This document shows, in pieces, positions 39,319-53,406 of a stretch of DNA of 64,000 nucleotides. A program made the position numbers and the translations under genes. How positions within the stretch are numbered: position 1 is the first letter of the stretch; each line of letters begins with the position of its first letter. Source of the stretch: Eledone cirrhosa (lineage: Eukaryota); the NCBI GenBank assembly GCA_964016885.1, contig OZ024747.1, positions 4,154,001 to 4,218,000 on the forward strand. Direction: 5' to 3'. Below the pieces are notes generated by a model. It saw nothing but the letters and a program-made list of their open reading frames with translations, was not told the origin of the DNA and did not search any database.

Positions 39319-39986
39319 TGTGCTCAGATTTCTTCCGGAGAAGGATAAATATAGTGAGAAAGAGATATAGAGGAAGAATCGACCCCAGTACTAGACTGGT
39401 ACATTTTTATCAACCTTGAATGGATGAAAGGCAAAGTTGACCTCAGCATGATTTGAACTTAAAGAGCAGAGAGCTGAAACAAATACCATAAAGCATTCTA
39501 TCCAACATTCTAATGACTCTGCCATTCTATCCGTTCTAATGACTCTGCTATTCTATCCAACGTTCTAATGACTCAGCCTTCACATATTACTAAACCCCTC
39601 ACACTTCTACTTTCAACAATTGAAAGGCATAGTAGTCTTTCATTAGAAATATGGTAAATAAAGTGTGAAGTGAGATGGAGTGAAGAACTTATGGAACAAA
39701 GGATTAAACTAACCACTTTGATCTCATAGAAAGGCATACTACTTCTTATCACTACACAATAATATGTAAGATATCTCTGATCTAATATCGACTCCAATTC
39801 AACAAAAACTTAATATTGCCCTTCAGTTCTAAAGTGTCATCTTCAAACATGGAGATTTTAATTAATATAATGTGCAATTTCACCTTCAAATCAAGCATAT
39901 TTTCTTCTTTTTACTTTACCAAACTTACAACAAATTAAATAATTATATTAAAACCTTCATTGCTACACACACACACACACTCTCTT

Positions 39987-40017
<31 letters not shown>

Positions 40018-40265
40018 CTTCCAATCTATTTTATTATTAATCTATCTACATAACTATATCTATTTATCTACCTAGCTATATATTTATCTGCATCTCTATG
40101 CCTATCTATTTATCTACCTACATCCATGTGTATAATATATATATATATATTATACAAACATGATATATTTAGGTATATGTGTGTGTGTGTGTGTGTGTAT
40201 ATATATAGGTATATATATGTATACATACATATATATATGTGTGTGTATATATATATATATATAGG

Positions 40266-40296
<31 letters not shown>

Positions 40297-40924
40297 ACAC
40301 ACACACATATATATATATATACACATGCACACACACATGTGTATGTGTGTGACATGTACATTATTAACCCATATATTCCAAATGAATCCCTTGTCTGGAT
40401 GTAAAACAATGGCAGCAATATACGCAGTAATTTACACATTAAATGTAAGAAATGTGAAAACATTATGTAGTTTAGGTTGGATGGAGCAAAGTGGAAACGA
40501 GGCTTGTTCACTTATTAGCTGCAATGTGATTCACTAATCTCTGCAAACTGTGTCACTAAAGACGCTAGCGCACTCTATATTATCAGTGCTGTGTTATCTA
40601 CCTTGGCTACTAGCTGTACTTTTAACCATGTCCTTCTGCAGAATGCTACACAGCCACCCCACCGCCAACTACCTAGTATTTTCAATGATCATAATCAGCA
40701 TTTGGATGCATGTTGCACGAGTGTGTGAGAGCATGTGTGTGTGTTTGCGCTATACAGATGTCTGTGGTATAATGCCTGCTGTGTACTCATATGTATATAT
40801 GAACCAGTATGTGTGCATGTTTAAGTATGTGCATGTGTGCGTGTGCATGTATATGCATTGTTAGTTGTATAAACGTTTATATATATATGTGTGTGTGCAT
40901 GTTATGTGAAAGGAGAGTGACTCC

Positions 40925-41165
40925 AGACACACACATACCAACTCCATGCACATACACATACCAACTCCATGCACATACACACACCAACTCCACGCACATA
41001 CACACACCAACTCCACGCACATACACACACCAACTCCACGCACATACACACACCAACTCCACGCACATACACACACCAACTCCACGCACATACACACACC
41101 AACTCCACGCACACACACCAACTTCACGCACACACACCAACTCCACACATACCAACTCCACACAA
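40925..41165. repeat. 23-bp minisatellite (CACACACCAACTCCACGCACATA)
   Basis: Tandem periodicity. Confidence 0.9.
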
Positions 41166-41307
41166 ACACACAGACACACACACACACATGTATTTATACA
41201 CAGAATAACAGTGAGAGATAATTTATATATTTCCTTTGATGTATTTCATCATAGTTCACTTAGATGGCTGAGTGTCTGATAGGGAGGGGGAGGGAAATAA
41301 CTGCCCT

Positions 41308-41432
41308 GTGAGAGATGGGGAGAGTGAGAGATGGGGAGAGTGAGAGATGGGGAGAGTGAGAGATGGGGAGAGTGAGGGATGGGGAGTGTGAGGGATGGGG
41401 AGAGTGAGGGATGGGGAGAGTGAGAGATGGGG
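41308..41432. repeat. 16-bp purine-rich minisatellite (TGAGAGATGGGGAGAG)
   Basis: Tandem periodicity; one GGGG run per unit. Confidence 0.88.
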
Positions 41433-42088
41433 AGGAAGTGACAGTGAGAGAGACAGAGGCTGTGCAAGATGGGGAGACTGAGAGAAAGAGAAGCAGTGAG
41501 AGAGATGGAGGCAGTGAGAGATGGTGAGAGGTAGTGACTATGAAAGATGGGGAGAATGAGAGACGAAGAGGGTGAGAGAGAGAGAGAGAGAGTGAGAGAG
41601 ATGGGTTGAGTGAGAGAGAGAGAGGCAGTGACTATACCTGCATTGCTGAAGTATTTTGTAAAGCCAAAGGTTAATTAATTTTACTATGTCTGTGTAGTTT
41701 CCTGGGTTAAAACCTAGCAGCCTGTACTGCCCTGTTTAGGTGTGAACAAATACCTTTTACATTAATGTCCTTCTACAGTATCTACCTGATGTGACACACT
41801 GTGAACAGGACACTCTCCCCCTTGTCTATAAATCACAAATCAATAATGAGGAAAGCCGCAGATCAGCTAAAAGACAGTTGGGTTGCTAATCAATTGGAGT
41901 GTGAGGGGCTTTGATACTACAATTTTGTAGTTCATCTAGTTCAGTAAATCCAAGGTGGAATAAACCTCCATTGACGGTGTGTGTTGCAATGGCTTGATCA
42001 ATGGGACATCCTCTTCATGGAATTAACAAAGGGGGCAATTGCTCTGGGCCAGCTGCAGTGGGGGACCCCACCATTGACAGCCGTAGCA

Positions 42089-42382
42089 ATTTAACCATGC
42101 TTCATCCACATATCCATGGTAGATCTTGTCATCATCTTCATCATCATCATCGTTTAATGTCCATCTTCCACGCTAGCATGGGTTTGGATGGGAATTGTCC
42201 CACTTGAGGCAAGATTGGTTGTCTTGTCGTATAGGACTGTCTGAGCAAGACAACCAATCTTGCCTCAAGTGGGAAAATTCCATCCAAACCCATGCTAGCG
42301 TGGAAGATGGACATTAAACGATGATGATGATGATGATGATGACAAGATCTACCATGGATATGTGGATGAAGCATGGTTAAAT
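42089..42382. repeat. Long palindrome (about 138-bp arms, 19-nt spacer) built from an RTE 3' tail plus flank
   Basis: 42089-42226 is the reverse complement of 42246-42382. Confidence 0.95.
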
Positions 42383-42744
42383 GGGGAAGATGATCACTTT
42401 ACAATTACTAAGGTCCTAGTTCTGACCCCACTCAGTGGAGGAAATTTGGGCTGGTGTTGTTTACCATAACCTCAGATCAACCCATGCCTTGTAAGTAAAA
42501 CTGGTAGACAGTAACTGTGTGGTAGCCCAAAAAATAGAATATGCCTGCAATTGAAAGGGGCCACCTTATTACACATTGTGTCATGTGGAATCTCCCTGAA
42601 AATTAAGTTAAGCTTGTGTGTATATGTTTGTGTGTATGTGTGTCTGTAGGTGTGTATGTGTGTCTGTAGGTGTGTATGTATGCACGTATGTATGTACAAG
42701 GTTTATCCCAAAAATAAAGGCATCTAGTGCACTTTGCAAGTACT

Positions 42745-43050
42745 AGTGCTGATGCCATAATAAAATGCACCCAGCTCACTCTGTAAAGTGGTTGTGGTGC
42801 CAGTAGCATTATAAATGCACCTAGCTTACTCTGTAAAGTGGTTGTGGTGCCAGTGGCATTATAAATACACCCAGTACACTCTGTAAAGTGGTAGTGGTGC
42901 CAGTGGCATTATAAATACACCCAGTACACTCTGTAAAGTGGTAGTGGTGCCAGTGGCATTATAAATACACCCAGTACACTCTGTAAAGTGGTAGTGGTGC
43001 CAGTGGCATTATAAATACACCCAGTACACTCTGTAAAGTGGTAGTGGTGA
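42745..43050 (+). repeat. 50-bp minisatellite derived from an RTE 3' UTR motif
   Basis: Unit CAGTGGCATTATAAATACACCCAGTACACTCTGTAAAGTGGTAGTGGTGC resembles GGTGCCAC..GCACCCAGCCCACACTGTAAAGTGG at 47679-47720. Confidence 0.85.
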
Positions 43051-43629
43051 TGTCACAATAAAATGGTGCTAGTGACGACGATGATATATAAATATGTCAC
43101 TGCAATCCAATATGTAGATTCATTCCTAAAGCTACTGGGACTACAGTCTGTTGCTATGGTTATTTATTAAAAAGGGAGGTAATTCTAAGTATATTGATAA
43201 TTAGGCACAACATACTATTTGCAGAGTAAAGCAAGTTAAAATGAAAGGGAATAATAAATGTAGAGTTTGTTCTTTGGGGATATTATGTTACTCCTATTGA
43301 GATGTCTTAAAGGATTTCTAAGTCAGCTAGTATGGGTGTAAGAGCATTAAGAGATTATTTCTATGTGCATATTTAATATTTTGGTTTGATGTTTGAAGAT
43401 CAATAAGTTCCAGGGTGCAAAAATTATAATAATTATTTGAGAATGTATTGGAAAGGCTGATAAAATGGAAATAGGAAATATAATGGTGGAAAAGAGAGTA
43501 AAATAAGAATGACCAAATAATAGCTTTAACTTTATATATTTCATAATGTTTTAAGGTTTTGGGGGTTAGCAGCTCCTTTAAAAATGAAGAAAAATCAAAG
43601 CATTTTCTTCCTACAAGCTATTCTTTGTT

Positions 43630-44036
43630 TGTGTGACATACATAAACCTGTCACAATGTGACATGTATAAACCTGTCACAATGTGACATGCATAAACCTG
43701 TCACAATGTGACATGGAAAAACCTGTCACAATGTGACATGGAAAAACCTGTCACAATGTGACATGGAAAAACCTGTCACAATGTGACATGGAAAAACCTG
43801 TCACAATATGAGATAAACCTGTCACAGTGTGAAATACACAAACCTGTCACAATGTGACATGGAAAAACCTGTCACACCAACCAGTCACAATGTGACATAC
43901 ACAAACCTGTCACACTAACCAGTCACAATGTGACATACACAAACCTGTCACACCAACCAGTCACAATGTGACATACACAAACCTGTCACACCAACCAGTC
44001 ACAATGTGACATACACAAACCTGTCACACTAACCAG
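43630..44036. repeat. 25/41-bp minisatellite with internal palindrome TGTCACA-A-TGTGACA
   Basis: ATGTGAC recurs at 43681, 43706, 43731. Confidence 0.92.
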
Positions 44037-44540
44037 TGGGATCCATGTAGCTCAGATCTGTTACTAATGCTTACTATGGGCATGTAGTTAGAATGTCTTA
44101 GGAAAGAATTGCTGGACAGATTTTACAGGCAAAAACCTCCAGCAGGAGTCAAAGGGGTAGACCCCTAGCAAGATGTTTGAATAACATCCATGAGCTCTGC
44201 TTGTCTCAATTGGGGATCCAGCCAGATCAATTGGTGATGGCTGCTTCTAATAGGACCCACTGGAAAACGTGTTTGAGGACTCTGGGTACTTATTCTAAAC
44301 TGGATTCTGAATAATCAGAAAAAAATGTTTTTCATGTGAAAATAGAAAATATTTTGTTCAATAATATTTTCAAATTAATCAAAGCTATTTTCACTTTCAC
44401 TTAATCATTAAAATTATGAAATATGCTATAAATATTCAAATTATATCTATAGCAGATTTGTTCTCTTGCCCATTTATGGCTACTTTTCAACCAGAGAAAT
44501 GCTGGGTATTCAGTTATTATATATATATATATATTATATT

Positions 44541-44725
44541 GTGGGTTGGCAGTATTGGTAGAGGGTCGGATGCCATGCTTTGACGCATAGTTACGGCCCT
44601 TGCCATTCTGAGTTCAAATCCCGCCGAGGTTAACTTTGCCTTTCATCTTTACGCGATCGATAAAATAAAGTACCAGTAATGCACTGGGATAATTGCTGGC
44701 CTTGTGCCAAAAGTAGAAACAATTA
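44541..44725 (+). mobile_element. SINE family 1, short subfamily
   Basis: TGGCAGTATTGG A box, GAGTTCAAATCC B box. Confidence 0.9.
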
Positions 44726-45351
44726 TATTATTTATTTATATTCATACATGGATCAAAAGTGCTACCTACGGTTTCAGGGCCCAGATTGTAAGAGTGATCA
44801 AATTTGTGACCTAGTGTATGATCATATATAATACATCACAGCTCATACCTGATTGAGTACAGCTGTTAGTTTTCCTTTTTTCACATCCACCAATATTTTA
44901 TTCCACATACACACACATACATACACAAGCACATACACACACACATACATATAGATAGATAGATAGATAGAGAGGGGGAGAGAAATTGATAGATAGATAC
45001 ATGTGTGTGTTTGTGTGGGTGTATGTATGTATATATATATATGCAAAAGTTCTATTTAAATTGTTGGGATACAACAAGCAAATATTATTATAACTGATAT
45101 AAAGCACTCGACAAATATTTGGAGTAGATATACAATATTAATAACAATTTTTTTTGCTTTCTTCTTTTTTCTTTATCTATCTTTCCCTTTCTTTTCTCCA
45201 CGTTTCTCTCTCTCTCTCTCCATCTTTTTACTTACTCTTAACACTATGACTTACTAAAGTAAACAAACCACTATCCAGATGGCCTCCAAAAACAACGGTC
45301 ACCTTTTTGAAAGGGTACGTCAATATCTATTTGTAAAACTGTTATATATTG

Positions 45352-45416
45352 TATTTTGTCTGAAGAAGGCATACCATGATTTAACTTGGTATCCTTGAAA
45401 TATATATAATGAAATA
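45352..45416 (+). ncRNA. Type I hammerhead ribozyme motif
   Basis: TATTTTGT-CTGAAGA-AGGcATACCA tgatttaact TGGTATcCTT-GAA-ATATATAT-A-ATGAAATA: 8-bp stem I (2 wobbles), 9/10-bp stem II, palindromic stem III, AUA triplet. Confidence 0.72.
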
Positions 45417-45452
45417 AATATGGTTTTATAAATATAGTTTCCATTTATTAAT

Positions 45453-45489
<37 letters not shown>

Positions 45490-45635
45490 CGTTGGCTTGA
45501 GATCAGCCGTCGGGGTCCTACTTGTTCCTATATATATATATTGGCAACATGACCCTCCCAAAGTATAACAATATATATATATATATATAGAAAGAGAGAG
45601 AGAGAGACAGGAAGAGAAATACATAGATACATGTA

Positions 45636-45698
<63 letters not shown>

Positions 45699-45964
45699 GC
45701 AATCAGAAATGTCAGAACAACATTCGAGTTATTACTTGCTGTCAGATCAATTCCATATCAATAGAAGTCACATAAAAAATCATCATATTATATAAAATAG
45801 AGAATGCACAATATCATGACCACTTTATTTCTTTACTATCTGCATGTCAAGTGTCATATGTATTCTAAATCATATGTATCATTAGAGATTGTTGTAACAT
45901 TTAGGCTTAATACTAGTAATGTTGTTGTTGCCCAGGTGACAAACATGGAAAACGTCTTTATAAA

Positions 45965-45999
<35 letters not shown>

Positions 46000-46209
46000 A
46001 ATATATATATATATATGTATGTATAATATATATATGTATGTATGTATAATATATATATGTATGTATGTATAATATATATATATGTATGTATAATATATAT
46101 ATGTATAATATATATATATGTAAAATATATATATGTATAATATATATATATGTATATGTATAATATATATATATGTATAATATATATATATATATGTATA
46201 TATATATAA

Positions 46210-47922
46210 TATAAAGTTGATGGACCAGGTCATGAAAATAACAGAAAGAGTTATAGCACAGCTGATTAGGGACCGGGTGAATATAGACGAGATGCAATTT
46301 GGGTTTGTACCAGGGAAAGGCACCACTGATGCCCTTTTCCTTGTGAGGCAATTACAGGAAAAGTACCTAGCTAAAAGTAAGCCACTCTACTTGGCATTTG
46401 TCGACCTTGAGAAAGCCTTTGACAGAGTTCCACGTGCAGTAATCTGGTGGGCTCTTAGAAAACTAGGAGTAGATGAATGGCTTGTGAAAGCGGTACAAGC
46501 CATGTATAGGGGAGCAGTCAGCAAAGTTAGGATTAGCAATGAGTATAGCGAGGAATTTAGCGTACAGGTTGGGGTCCACCAGGGCTCTGTTCTTAGCCCT
46601 CTCCTGTTCATCATAGTCCTGCAGGCAATAACGGAGGAGTTTAAGACCGGATGCCCATGGGAACTCCTGTATGCTGATGACCTCGCACTCATAGCTGAAT
46701 CTATGGTAGAACTAGAGAATAAATTCCAAACCTGGAAGCAGGGACTAGAGAGAAAGGGCCTCAAAGTCAACATGACAAAGACATCCTTGTAAGTAGACGA
46801 GAAAACAGAACCCAGATCCCCTCAGGGAAATGGCCTTGCTCAGTATGTAGGAAAGGTGTAGGTAGAAACTCCATTCTCTGCCCCAAATGCAAACAATGGG
46901 TACACAAGAGATGTAGCGGGATCTCAGGAAGCTTAATTAAGAATGTAGGATTCACATGCAGCAGCTGTGCTGAAACAGCAAGCAAACAGCCACAGGAAAC
47001 AAGTACCACCAATCTCTGGGAGGGCCCTGTAGAAACAGTAGACAGCTTCTGCTACCTAGGTGACCGAATTAGCAACGGAGGTGGGTGCTCAGAAAGTACA
47101 ATAACTAGAGTAAGAACGGGATGGAAGAAGTTTAGGGAACTACTACCACTGCTAGCTGCAAAAGGCTTCTCCCTCAGAATGAAAGGCAGACTGTATGATG
47201 CGTGTATCCGAACAGCGATGTTGCATGGTAGTGAGACCTGGGCGCTGAAGGTGGAAGACTTACGTAGATTAGAGAGAAACGAAGCCTGCATGCTCCGATG
47301 GATGTGTAACAGTAATATACGTGAACGACAAAGCATAAAGGAATTGAGAGAGAGACTGAGCATAAGAGGAACCAAATGCTGCGTGCAGGAGAGGCGGTTA
47401 CGCTGGTATGGACATGTGATGCGTATGAAGGATGACAGCTGCATAAAAAGGTGCAGAGCACTAGAAGTTGATGGAAACCGCGGAGTGGGGAGACCCAAGA
47501 TGACTTGGGATGAGGTGATAAAAGCCGACCTTACCCAACTACACCTCTCAAAGTCAATGACACACGACCGTGACTTCTGGCGTCACGCAGTAATACAGGG
47601 TACCCGACCTCCCATGGGTACATGCTGAAGCATATAAACAATATGCCCCCACTCCCCCCACCGCAAGGTGGTCGTGGAGGTGCCACGGCAAAAAAGCACC
47701 CAGCCCACACTGTAAAGTGGACGTGTAGGCGCCACGAAAAAGCACCCAGCACTCACTGTAAATGAGGTTGGTGTTAGGAAGGGCATCCAGCTGTAGAAAC
47801 CTAGCCAGATTAGTTCCTGTATGAGCAAGGCATGGTCAGCCGACCAGACACTGCCCACCACAGGACAATCCATCTAACCCATGCTAGCGTGGAAGAACGG
47901 ACGTAAAACGGTGATGATGATG
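46210..47922 (+). mobile_element. 5'-truncated RTE-clade LINE (RT with PHD-type finger; one frameshift near 46783)
   Basis: QFGFVPGKGTTDA, FVDLEKAFDRV, GVHQGSVLSPLLF, YADD, RLRWYGHVMR, GRPKMTW; 3' UTR ending CCATGCTAGCGTGGAAGAACGGACGTAAAACGG(TGA)n. Confidence 0.96.
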
Positions 47923-47961
47923 AATATATATATTTACATATGTATATGTATACTGTATATA

Positions 47962-49810
47962 ATCATCATCATCATCGTTCAAAATCCATCTTCCACGCTA
48001 GCATGGGTTTGGACGGAAATTTTCCCACTTGAGCAAGATTGGTTGTCTTGCTCGTATAGGACTCTCTGGCGGGTTTTCTACGGTTGGATGCCTTTCCTAA
48101 CACCAACCACGTTTACAGTGTGGACTGGGAGGTTTTTACCGTGTTACCTACACGGCCACATTACAGCGTGGACTGTGTGTTTTTTTTTGTCGTGACACCT
48201 ACACGACCTCATTTGTTTTGGACTGGAAGTTGTGGTACCAACATATCTTCACATTTAAGGGGGTGGTGTGGATGGGGTGGGAGTAGTGGGACGGGGGTGT
48301 ATTTTTGTTAGAGGTGCCTACTGACTGTAGGTTTCGCTTTGTACTTAGGCAAGCCGGGTCTTCTGTATTGCTGTGTTGCGCCAAAGATCTCGGTCCAGTG
48401 ACATTGTCTTGGAGAGGTGTAAGTGTGTGAGGTCAGAATTTATCAAGTCGTCCCAGGTTTTTCTGGGTCAGCCTACTATTTTTATCGCCCTGCACTTTTT
48501 TATACAGCTGTCATCTTTCATGCACATCACGTGACCATACCAACGTAGTCTTCTCTCAAGTAAACAGCATCTGATCCCTCTTATTCCTAATTTCTCCCTT
48601 CGTTTATACTTTGCCGTTCACGTATATTACTATTACACATCCAGCGGAGCATGCAAGCTTCGTTCCTCTCCAGTCTGCGTATATCCTCTGCACACAATTC
48701 CCAGGTCTCACTGCCATGTAACATTGCTGTTCGTATGCATGCATCATACAGCCTGCCTTTCATTTTTAGAGAGGACCCTTTCGCGACCAATAGTGGTATA
48801 AGCTCTCTGAACTTTTTCCATCCCGTTCTGACTCTAGCTACTGTACTTTCAGAACACCCTCCACCACTGCTGATTTCGTCACCCAGGTAACGGAAGGTGT
48901 CCACTATTTCTATAGAACCATCTGTGCAATGGAATGAGCTAGTATTCTGTGGGCACTTGCTATTACTTATTGCACCTGAGCACTGGCCACATAGAAAATC
49001 TATATTCTTAGTTAGCTTACCTGTGATCCCACTACATCTTTTATGCACCCATACTTTGCATTTGGGACATAAAATGGAGTTTCTGCCTACTCCTTTCCTA
49101 CACACTGAGCATGGCCATTTCCCGGATGGGACTGGTGCCCTATTTTCCTTCCTACAAACTAGAACTTTAATCTTAGACAGGTTAATTTTAAGGCCTTTTG
49201 ATTCTAGGCCATGTTTCCATGTTTGGAATTTCTTCTCTAGTTCGGCCATTGATTCAGCTATGAGCGTTAGATCATCTGTGTATAGGAGTTCCCATGGGCA
49301 GCCGGTCTTGAACTCCTCTGTTATAGCCTGAAGGGCAATAATAAATAGGAGGGGGCTAAGGACGGAGCCCTGATGAACACCAACTTTTACGCTAAACTCC
49401 TCACTATATTCGTTGTTCATTCTAACCTTGCTGACTGTTTCTTTATACATGGCTTGTATAGCTCTCACAAGCCATTCATTAACACCTAGTTTTCTAAGAG
49501 CCCACCAAATAATGGAGCGGGGGACTCTGTCAAAGGCTTTCTCCAAGTCAACAAAAGCTAAGTATAGGGGTTTACTTTTAGCTAGGTACTTCTCCTGTAG
49601 TTGTCGTACAATGAAAAGAGCGTCTGTGGTGGTACTTTTACCTGACACAAACCCGAACTGTATTTCATCTAGATCAATTTGCTCTCTGATTAGTTGCGCT
49701 ATTACTTTTTCTGTGACCTTCATGACCTGGTCGATTAATTTAATGCCTCTATAGTTACCCCTATCTAGGGCATCTCCTTTACCCTTGTAGCAGTTAATGA
49801 TGATGCTGCT
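47962..49810 (-). mobile_element. 5'-truncated RTE-clade LINE, related subfamily (YTDD, frameshifted C-terminus)
   Basis: ORF 48587-49723, upstream CYKGKGDALDRGNYRGIKL; same type of 3' tail. Confidence 0.96.
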
Positions 49811-50179
49811 ATATATATATATGTATGTATATATATAGTCAACTTAATTTCAAAGCTAATTGATTGTTAGTGATACATTAGTATCATGTGTGTGAAAAGT
49901 AAACGGAATATATATTCATACATATGTGTATACTTGTATATCTATGTATGTATATATGTATATATGTGCATGTGTGTGTCTCTGTAATTGTATCTACTTT
50001 TATATTTTGAATTCATTTCTAACACTGTTTTTGGTGCAAATAGAATTTTTTAATGGTTGTCAAGCACTGATATGCAAATTAGCTTACTTATGTGTGAACT
50101 AAGCAGAATTTTCTACAAAGCTGCTACAAGCTATTATTTTCTTGGCAGGATGATAAAATTTGATGGAATCTCCGGAGTA

Positions 50180-50358
50180 ATAATTGTTTCCACTTTTGGC
50201 ACAATGCCATCAAATACCCAGTACATTACTGGTACTTTATTTTATCGACCCCATAAGGATGAAAGGCAAAGTTAACCTTGGCGAAATTTGAACTCAGTCC
50301 ATAAAGGGACGTAACTATGCTGGAAATCATGGCGTCCGACCCTCTACCGATACTGCCA
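50180..50358 (-). mobile_element. SINE family 1, short subfamily
   Basis: Aligns to 2731-2907. Confidence 0.9.
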
Positions 50359-51154
50359 TGAGCCTAAAATATGTTTTTATATTACCTTGTGTTGTTTGGC
50401 ATAAGAACCTGGTTATGTAGTCCCAACAGAATCATTCCACAACAAAATATTTTCTTTGTATTACAAAAATATAACCTTTAAAATGATATATATACTTCAG
50501 TGTACTTCATTCTTTGTAAAAAAGTTTGTTGAAGGAGTCATGACTGAATAGTAATCAGATCGAGTCTGTTGATAGGTGCTGTTAGGAAGGGTTCCCAGTT
50601 GTAGGAGCTATGCCCCCAAAATGATTGACAAGGCTCTCCAGTTATGACAACCTCTTCAATGTTAGGGTATGCATTGCTGCCAGAATTTATATAATTTTTT
50701 GTAGGGATTTAACGATATTATATATTCACTTTGATTGAAGAGTTTCATTTCTGTTAGAAATCTTTGAACTGAGATATGAGGGCTTCTCATTTCATTCTTC
50801 TTCTTCATCTCCCATTTATTCCTGATAGGGGGAGGGGGGGGGGACAGAGTCCTCAAACATTTTTTCCAGCAGGTCATGTCAGAAGCAACCATCTCCATCT
50901 GATCTGACTAGATCCCCAAGTGAGACCAGCCAAGCTCATGGATGTTATCCAACCATCTTGCTCAGGGTCTACCCCTGGGTCTCCTGCCGGTTGGTCTTTG
51001 CCTGTAAAAATCTGTCATTTCATTCGTTTACAAGGATCTTTGTTCTTGAATATTAATAACTTTAGTTTTATAGGCCTTGATGTTATAGCAATGTCCTTAG
51101 AGGTCATTTGATAAGCTGTTATGTTTTCAAAAAGAAGAACAAATCAACATTATT

Positions 51155-51559
<405 letters not shown>

Positions 51560-51870
51560 ACATACATAGATTCTTGTCGCTCTTTTGACTGAAACAAGAA
51601 AGTCTTGTCATTTTCTTCAGAAGCAACCATAATTTATTCTTTTGAGAAATATTTGAATAAATTTTATAAACAGTCACACACATATATACATACACACACA
51701 TATATATGTACGAATGTCTACATGTATGTATATGGGTGTGTATGTACGAATGTATACATGCATATATATATGTGTGTGTGTTTGTGTGTGTGTACATGCA
51801 AAAGCAGACATACAAACATATACACCCTATAACATACACTTCCACACTGACCAACACACACACAAACTCG

Positions 51871-51924
<54 letters not shown>

Positions 51925-52594
51925 TGTATACATTCGTACATAGACACACATATACATACATGATACATTTGTACCTACTCACACACACATATACATACAT
52001 GTATTCATTTGTACATACACACACACATATATATATATACATTTATACACACACACACACATATATATATACATTTATACACACACTCGCATCATATATA
52101 TATATACATTTATACAAACACACACACATATATATACATGTATATACATTTATATAGACACACACATATATATATATACATTTATACACACACTCGCATC
52201 ATATATATATATACATTTATACACACACACGCACACACATACATTTATACAGAGACACACACACACACACATATATATATACATTTATACAGACAGACAC
52301 ACACACATATATATATATATATATATTTATACACGCACACACACATATATATACATTTATACACGCACACACACATATATATACATTTATACACACACAC
52401 ACACACACACATATATATACATTTATACACACACACACATATATATATATATACATTTATATAGAGACACATGTCTACATACTACAGATTGTTGACCAAA
52501 GGACAGTTAGTCCAGTGTCACCTGTGACAAGACTGTCATCCTCTCAAGAGATCCCAGGAGTTGTTTACCATACACCCTAATGATAAACTACAGC

Positions 52595-53406
52595 TTCTCC
52601 CGTCTTATCTTCCACATCCTCCTCCTTTTTCCGCTCTTTCCTCTTCTCCTCCTTTTTTTTCCTCCTCTTCCACCTTTTCCTCTCCCCCCTCCCCATTCCC
52701 TCTTACACCTACACTTCAACCTCCTCTTTCCTCCTCTTCCTTCTCCTCCACCTCTTTCCTCTTCCTTCTCCTCCACCTCTTTCCTCCTCTTCCTTCTCCT
52801 CCACCTCTTTCCTCCTTCCATTGCCCTCTCTTCCTCTCCTCGCCGCCCTCCCCACCCCCTCTTACACCTACCCTTCATCCTCCTCCTTCACCCTCCTCCT
52901 TCACCTCTTTCCCCCTCTTCCTTCTCCTCCACCTCTTTCCTCCTTCCATTGCCCTCTCTTCCTCTCCTCGCCCTCCCCACCCCCTCTTACACCTACCCTT
53001 CATCCTCCTCCTTCACCTTCCTCCTTCACCCTCCTCCTTCACCTCCTCTTTCCCCCTCTTCCTTCTCCTCCACCTCTTTCCTCCTTCCATTGCCTTCTCT
53101 TCCTCTCCTCGCCCTCCCCACCCCCTCTTACACCTACCCTTCATCCTCCTCCTTCACCCTCCTCCTTCACCTCCTCTTTCCCCCTCTTCCTTCTCCTCCA
53201 CCTCTTTCCTCCTTCCATTGCCTTCTCTTCCTCTCCTCCCCCTCCCCACCCATCTTACACCTACCCTTCATCCTCCTCCTCCTTCACCTCTTTCCTCCTC
53301 TTCCTTCTCCTCCACCTCTTTCCTCCTCCCATTGCCTTCTCTCCCCCCTCCCAACCCCCTATTATACCTACACCCACCTCCTTCTTCACCCCCACCCCCC
53401 AGCCCC
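52595..53406. repeat. Polypyrimidine satellite with roughly 120-150 bp higher-order units
   Basis: CTTACACCTACCCTTCATCCTCCTCC recurs 4-5 times. Confidence 0.9.

Noticed and set aside
40380-42080. Unique non-repetitive islands that might be promoter or enhancer
   Set aside because: No diagnostic motif arrangement visible; cannot be supported from sequence alone
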